Assembly: GCA_963730185.1 (NCBI GenBank)
Contig: CAVSQW010000004.1
Span: 32,001 to 96,000, forward strand
Direction of reading: 5' to 3'
Length of the DNA stretch: 64,000 bases
Source of the DNA: an uncultured Gemmatimonadales bacterium
GTDB lineage: Bacteria > Gemmatimonadota > Gemmatimonadetes > Gemmatimonadales > GWC2-71-9
In this document: piece by piece, positions 59,035 to 64,000 of the stretch
Position numbering within the stretch: the stretch's first letter is position 1
Layout of the letters: the number at the start of each line of letters is the position of its first letter
Position numbers and translations under genes: made by a program
The notes under the pieces: generated by a model
What the model was told of the DNA's origin: nothing
What the model saw: only the letters and a program-made list of their open reading frames with translations
Databases searched by the model: none

Positions 59035-61500
59035 ATGGCGTCCATCATGGAGCGGCCGCGGAGCGCGGCGCTGCCCTTGTTCATGTTGTTGTCCCTCGGT
59101 ACCGCGTCGTTGTCCGCGCAGGCCCTTCCTTCGATCGCGGCCAAGACCCAGGGGATGCAGAAGATCGACGGCTTCATCCCGATGTACTGGGATCCGTCGG
59201 CCGGCAAGCTCTGGCTCGAGATCGACAAGCTCGGACAGGAGATTCTCTACGTGGTGTCGCTGCCCGACGGCATCGGCTCGAACGACATCGGGCTGGACCG
59301 CGGGCAGATCGGCGGCGAGCGAATCGTGCGATTCGATCGAGTCGGTCCGCGGGTGCTGATGGTGCAGCCTAACTACGAGTTCCGGGCGGGAACCGACAAT
59401 GCCGACGAGCGGCGGGCGGTGGAGCAGTCGTTCGCCCAGTCGGTGCTCTGGGGCTTCAAGGTCGAGGCCGAGAGTGACGGGGCGGTGCTGGTCGACGCGA
59501 CCGACTTCGCGCTCCACGATGCCCACGACGTGATCGGCGGGCTCCGCCGGACCCGCCAGGGCAGCTTCCGGCTCGACGCCTCCCGGAGCGCACTCTACCT
59601 GGAGCGGACCAAGGGCTTTCCCAAGAACACCGAGATCGAGGCCATCCTCACCTTTACCGGCGATAGCCCGGGCCGCTGGGTGCGCGACGTGACGCCCACG
59701 GCCGACGCGATCACCGTCCACGAGCATCAGTCGTTCGTCGAGCTCCCCGGGCCGGGCTACCGGACCCGCCTGGCCGATCCGCGGTCCGGCTTCTATCCGA
59801 TGACGTACTACGACTACGCCACGCCGATCGACCAGCCCTTGGTGCAGCGGTTCACGGCCCGGCACCGGCTGGCCAAGCGGGACCCGAGCGCCGCGATCAG
59901 CGATCCGGTCGAGCCGATCGTCTATTACCTCGACCGCGGGGTCCCCGAGCCGATTCGCTCGGCCCTGCTCGACGGCGCCCGTTGGTGGAATCAGGCCTTC
60001 GAGGCCGCCGGGTATCGCAACGCCTTCCGGGTGGAGCTCATGCCCGAAGGCGCCGATCCGATGGACATCCGGTACAACGTGATCCAGTGGGTCCACCGGT
60101 TCACCCGCGGCTGGAGCTACGGCAACACCATCACCGACCCGCGGACCGGCGAGATCCTCAAGGGCCAGGTTTCCCTCGGCTCGCTCCGGGTGCGGCAAGA
60201 TCTCCTGATCGCCGAAGGGCTGCTCCAGCCGTTCGTCCGCGGCGACGAGGATCCGACCACCGCCAAGGCGATGGCGCTGGCCCGGATCCGACAGCTGGCG
60301 GCCCACGAGGTGGGGCACACGCTGGGGCTCCAGCACAACTACATCTCGAGCAGCGAAGGCCGCTCGTCGGTGATGGACTACCCCCACCCGCTGATCAAGC
60401 TCGACGCCAACGGCGCCATCGACGTCTCCGATGCGTACGCCACCGGCATCGGTGCCTGGGACCAGGAAGCGATCAAGTGGGGCTATTCGGATTTCCCGCC
60501 GGGGACCGACGAGAAGACGGCGCTCGACGGCGTGATCCGAGAGGCGCGCGCCAAGGGGCTCACCTTCCTCACGGACCAGGATGCCCGGCCGGCCGGGAGC
60601 GCGCATCCCAACACCCATCTCTGGGACAACGGCACCAGCGCGGCGGCCGAGCTGGATCGGGTGATGACCGTGCGCCGGGCGGCGCTCCGGCAGTTCGGCG
60701 AGCACGCGATTCGGCTCGGCCAGCCGATGGCGACGATCGAAGACGTGCTGGTGCCGATCTACCTCTTCCATCGCTACCAGGTGGAGGCGGCTACCAAGGT
60801 GATCGGCGGCCAATACTACGATTACGCCCTCCGCGGCGACGGCGTCACCCCGGTCAGGGAGGTGCCGGCCGCCGAGCAGATCGAGGCGCTCACCTCGGTG
60901 CTCCGGACCCTCACCCCCCAGGCGCTGGCCCTGCCTCGCTCGGTGCTCCAGCTCATCCCGCCCCGGCCGTCGACCTATCCGATGCATCGGGAGCTCTTCC
61001 AGCGCACCACCGGGCTCGTGTTCGACGCCGTTTCGCCGGCCACGTCCGCGGCGGATCTGGCGGTCGGTTTCCTGCTCAACGACGAACGGGCGGCGCGCCT
61101 GGTCGAGCAGCATGCCCTCGATCCCAAGCTTCCCGGGCTCGAAGACGTGCTCGATCGCCTGATCGCCGCCACCTTCGACCTGGCCCCCGCCGACGGGTAC
61201 CAGGCGGAAATCGGCCGGGCGGTGCAGCGGGTGGTCGTGGACCAGCTGATGCACCTCGCGGCCACGGCCGAGCTTCCTCAGGCTCGGGCGGTGGCCGCTC
61301 GGAAACTTTCGGAGCTGGCGGGTCGTTCCGTGAGAACGGCGGCGCCGAGCCCGGCCGACCGCGCGGCCCGAGCCCTCTTCGCCGCCGACATCCACCGCTT
61401 CCTCGAGCGTCCCTACGATCCGACCCGCCTCACCTCGGCGCCGGAAGCGCCGCCGGGCAGCCCGATCGGAGACTTCGAGGAAGTCGTCACCGTTCCGTGA
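59035..61500 (+). CDS. Zinc-dependent metalloprotease (metzincin; DUF5117/DUF4953-type architecture)
   Basis: HEVGHTLGLQH zinc motif, SVMDY Met-turn and DPRTGEI motif; signal peptide. Confidence 0.9.
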   Translation: MASIMERPRSAALPLFMLLSLGTASLSAQALPSIAAKTQGMQKIDGFIPMYWDPSAGKLWLEIDKLGQEILYVVSLPDGIGSNDIGLDRGQIGGERIVRFDRVGPRVLMVQPNYEFRAGTDNADERRAVEQSFAQSVLWGFKVEAESDGAVLVDATDFALHDAHDVIGGLRRTRQGSFRLDASRSALYLERTKGFPKNTEIEAILTFTGDSPGRWVRDVTPTADAITVHEHQSFVELPGPGYRTRLADPRSGFYPMTYYDYATPIDQPLVQRFTARHRLAKRDPSAAISDPVEPIVYYLDRGVPEPIRSALLDGARWWNQAFEAAGYRNAFRVELMPEGADPMDIRYNVIQWVHRFTRGWSYGNTITDPRTGEILKGQVSLGSLRVRQDLLIAEGLLQPFVRGDEDPTTAKAMALARIRQLAAHEVGHTLGLQHNYISSSEGRSSVMDYPHPLIKLDANGAIDVSDAYATGIGAWDQEAIKWGYSDFPPGTDEKTALDGVIREARAKGLTFLTDQDARPAGSAHPNTHLWDNGTSAAAELDRVMTVRRAALRQFGEHAIRLGQPMATIEDVLVPIYLFHRYQVEAATKVIGGQYYDYALRGDGVTPVREVPAAEQIEALTSVLRTLTPQALALPRSVLQLIPPRPSTYPMHRELFQRTTGLVFDAVSPATSAADLAVGFLLNDERAARLVEQHALDPKLPGLEDVLDRLIAATFDLAPADGYQAEIGRAVQRVVVDQLMHLAATAELPQARAVAARKLSELAGRSVRTAAPSPADRAARALFAADIHRFLERPYDPTRLTSAPEAPPGSPIGDFEEVVTVP

Positions 61501-61520
61501 ACCGAGAAGGGGGAGGAAAA

Positions 61521-62093
61521 GTGCGCAGTCCGACGAACCAGAGCAGTGAGCCCAGGAAGCCGGGGACCGGCCGCTGGCGGAGCGGGGTCGTCGCCCTCCT
61601 CCTCGCCTCCGCGACCAGCGCCGCGGCGCAAACGCCCATGGCCAAGCCGGAAGACGTGAGCTCGATCGACGCGATCATGAAGGCCGTCTACGACGTGATT
61701 TCGGGTCCGGCCGGACAGAAGCGCGACTGGGACCGCTTCCGTTCGCTGTTCGCCCCGGGTGGTCGGTTGATTCCCACCGGCGTCAATCCGCAAGGCGAGC
61801 ACCGGATCGGGGCGCTCACGCCTGACGAATACATTCAGCGAAGCGGTCCGTTCCTCGAGGGCAAGGGCTTCTTCGAGCGCGAGATCGGGCGGACGATGGA
61901 GCGCTACGGGAACATCGTCCAGGCGTTCAGCGCCTACGAGTCTCGTAACAAGCTCGACGACCCCAAACCGTTCGCCCGCGGGATCAACAGCTTCCAGCTC
62001 TGGTTCGACGGGAACCGCTGGTGGGTGGTGACGATCTTCTGGCAGGGCGAGACGCCGGACACGCCCATCCCCGCCAAGTACCTCAACAAATAG
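61521..62093 (+). CDS. Exported conserved hypothetical protein (NTF2-like fold suspected)
   Basis: GGAGG RBS; signal peptide; SIDAI..YDVISG...RDWDRFRSLF and GINSFQL motifs. Confidence 0.75.
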   Translation: MRSPTNQSSEPRKPGTGRWRSGVVALLLASATSAAAQTPMAKPEDVSSIDAIMKAVYDVISGPAGQKRDWDRFRSLFAPGGRLIPTGVNPQGEHRIGALTPDEYIQRSGPFLEGKGFFEREIGRTMERYGNIVQAFSAYESRNKLDDPKPFARGINSFQLWFDGNRWWVVTIFWQGETPDTPIPAKYLNK

Positions 62094-62100
62094 GACGGAC

Positions 62101-64000
62101 GTGCTCCGTTGGTCTCCTCTGGTTGCGTTGGCGGCGGTGGCCCTCCTCGGTGGAGTGGCGCCGCCGCCGGCGCCGGTGGCCGGGCTGTGCGGGCCGGACG
62201 GCCCGGCCCTCCGGCCCAGCACCGATCTCTATTGCATGGAGCTCATTACCCGACCCGACCTGAACGGCATCACGGCCACGGTCGAGCTGGGACGGGCTGC
62301 GTCGCCGATCGACGTCGCGGTCACGGCCGACGGCAACCAGCGCTACGACGCCACCGTCGAGATCCACGGCCTGCCTGAGCCCGCGTCGCTTGGGCCGTAT
62401 CACACGTACGTCGCCTGGATCACCCCGCCCGCCCTGGATCCGGTCGTCAAGCTGGGCGAGGTGAAGGACGGCCGCACCCACCTGGGTGAGATCGCCTTCG
62501 ACAAGTTTCTCGTCTTCGTCACGGCCGAAGCGTCGGCCGAGGTGTCGGAGCGGTCGGGGCGGATGGTGCTCCGCGGCATGTCGCCCAGCGTCCGGATGCA
62601 GCAGCACTCGATGTTCGCGCTCTCCCGCGAGGTGGACTCGAGCATGGAGCACATGCGGCACGACGTGCCGGACGGCCGGATCGCGGCGGCCCGGTGGACC
62701 ATGCCCGCGATGCGCGCCAACACGCCGATGCTCCCCATGCCCGGCGTCGAGGGCCTGGTGCCGGCCGCCGCGCCGTTCCTGCCGGGCGCCGGTCTCGAGC
62801 TCGCCCGCCTGCCCGAAGCGAAGCCGCGCCGCCTGGTCCGGCTCGCGAACGGCGACACCTTGGAGCTTCGGGCCTCGCTCGTCCGCCGCACCATCAACGG
62901 CCAGACCCTGGCGATGTACGCCTACAACGAGCAGTACCCGGGACCGCTGATCCAGGTGGACCAGGACGCCACGATCTACGTCCGGTTCCGGAACGCGATC
63001 GACCAGCCGAGCTCGGTCCACTGGCACGGGGTCCGGCTCGACAACGCGAGCGACGGCGTGCCGGGCGTAACCCAGGACCCGGTCCAACCAGGCCAGGGGT
63101 TCTTCTACCGGGTCAAGTTCCCGGACGCCGGCATCTACTGGTACCATCCCCACGTGCGGGAGGACATCCAACAGGACTTGGGGTTGTACGGCAACATCCT
63201 GGTCAAGCCGAAGCGCCCCGACGCGTTCGGGCCGGCCAACCGGGAGGAGACCCTCATCCTCGATGATCTCCTCCTGGGCGGCGACGGGCTGGTCCCGTAC
63301 GGGATCGATCACGCGACCCACGCGCTGATGGGCCGGTTCGGGAACGTCCTGCTGGTGAACGGCGATCCGAGCTGGCACTTCGACGCGCACCCCGGTGAGG
63401 TGGTCCGCCTCTATCTCACCAACGTGTCGAACACCCGGACCTTCAACGTGGCGCTCCCCGGCGCCCGGATGAAGCTGGTCGGCGCCGACGTGGGCCGCTA
63501 CGAGCGGGAGGCCTGGGTCGAGAGCGTGGCCATCGCGCCGGCCCAGCGCTACATCGTCGACGTCCGGTTCCCGGCCGCCGGCCGCTACCCGCTGATGAAC
63601 CGGGTTCAGGCGATCGATCACACCATCGGGAGCTTCTTCCCGGAGTACGATACGCTGGGGATGGTGACGGCCGGCGCGGAGCCGGCGACGCCCGACTACG
63701 GCGCCGCCTTCGAGACCCTTCGCGAGAACCGCGACGTGGTGACGGAGATCGACCGGTACCGGCCCTGGTTCAGCCGCCCGCCCGACAAGCGCCTGGTGCT
63801 GACCGTCCGCCTCGGCGAGCTCCCCTTCGGCGTGGTCCAGCTGCTCCGCCGCGACCGGATGTACTCGCACCCGGTCGAGTGGAGCGGCACCATGCCGATG
63901 ATGGACTGGCTGCCCACCACCGCCGAGACCCACTGGGTGCTCCGCGATCCGGACAGCGGCAAGGAGAACATGGCGATCGACTGGCACTTCAAGCTGGGCG
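62101..64000 (+). CDS. Multicopper oxidase family protein, 3' partial (absent from the ORF track because there is no stop in the window)
   Basis: Frame open from GTG 62101 to the window end. Signal peptide; GPLIQV, SVHWHG, DGVP and YWYHPH Cu motifs; N.SNTR.F. Confidence 0.9.
   Translation, partial: MLRWSPLVALAAVALLGGVAPPPAPVAGLCGPDGPALRPSTDLYCMELITRPDLNGITATVELGRAASPIDVAVTADGNQRYDATVEIHGLPEPASLGPYHTYVAWITPPALDPVVKLGEVKDGRTHLGEIAFDKFLVFVTAEASAEVSERSGRMVLRGMSPSVRMQQHSMFALSREVDSSMEHMRHDVPDGRIAAARWTMPAMRANTPMLPMPGVEGLVPAAAPFLPGAGLELARLPEAKPRRLVRLANGDTLELRASLVRRTINGQTLAMYAYNEQYPGPLIQVDQDATIYVRFRNAIDQPSSVHWHGVRLDNASDGVPGVTQDPVQPGQGFFYRVKFPDAGIYWYHPHVREDIQQDLGLYGNILVKPKRPDAFGPANREETLILDDLLLGGDGLVPYGIDHATHALMGRFGNVLLVNGDPSWHFDAHPGEVVRLYLTNVSNTRTFNVALPGARMKLVGADVGRYEREAWVESVAIAPAQRYIVDVRFPAAGRYPLMNRVQAIDHTIGSFFPEYDTLGMVTAGAEPATPDYGAAFETLRENRDVVTEIDRYRPWFSRPPDKRLVLTVRLGELPFGVVQLLRRDRMYSHPVEWSGTMPMMDWLPTTAETHWVLRDPDSGKENMAIDWHFKLG

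Overview
High-GC (roughly 70% by eye) bacterial chromosomal window, most likely Gemmatimonadota. That assignment is inferred from the PadR + ADOP/MacB-like permease pairs, an 'RDSSGIRIVE' beta-propeller, a PEGA-domain kinase and an 'ELAERLDFAERVL' motif. Many genes carry indel frameshifts typical of a long-read or low-coverage assembly, most densely at 8.3-12.8 kb. I saw no rRNA, tRNA, CRISPR array, transposase or integrase. About 55 genes are present, mostly transport, hydrolase and regulator genes. Two loci stand out. (1) 29.2-37.7 kb (- strand) is a nine-gene, translationally coupled operon. It encodes two small membrane proteins, a MsrQ-like heme-b/Rieske/Cys-His fusion, an OlsB-like GNAT N-acyltransferase, a PlsC/OlsA-like acyltransferase, DinB, NRDE/TANGO2, an alpha/beta-hydrolase-DedA-ATP-grasp triple fusion and DoxX. 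It looks like an uncharacterised amino/peptido-lipid synthesis, flipping and redox system, and an RND pump follows it. (2) 47.3-56.4 kb is a TetR-controlled divergent aromatic catabolic cluster. HpaBC and an intradiol PcaHG-type dioxygenase are joined to a glucarate-dehydratase-like enolase, an internally truncated enolase, an SMP-30 lactonase, a 2-hydroxyacid dehydrogenase and an RraA/HMG aldolase, instead of the canonical pcaBCD genes. Also noted are a Ser/Thr pseudokinase, a yeast-type cytosine deaminase, a multicopper oxidase with an extra N-terminal domain, a G-rich/C-rich heptamer repeat element and several operator palindromes. All family assignments come from motif recognition by eye; no searches were run.
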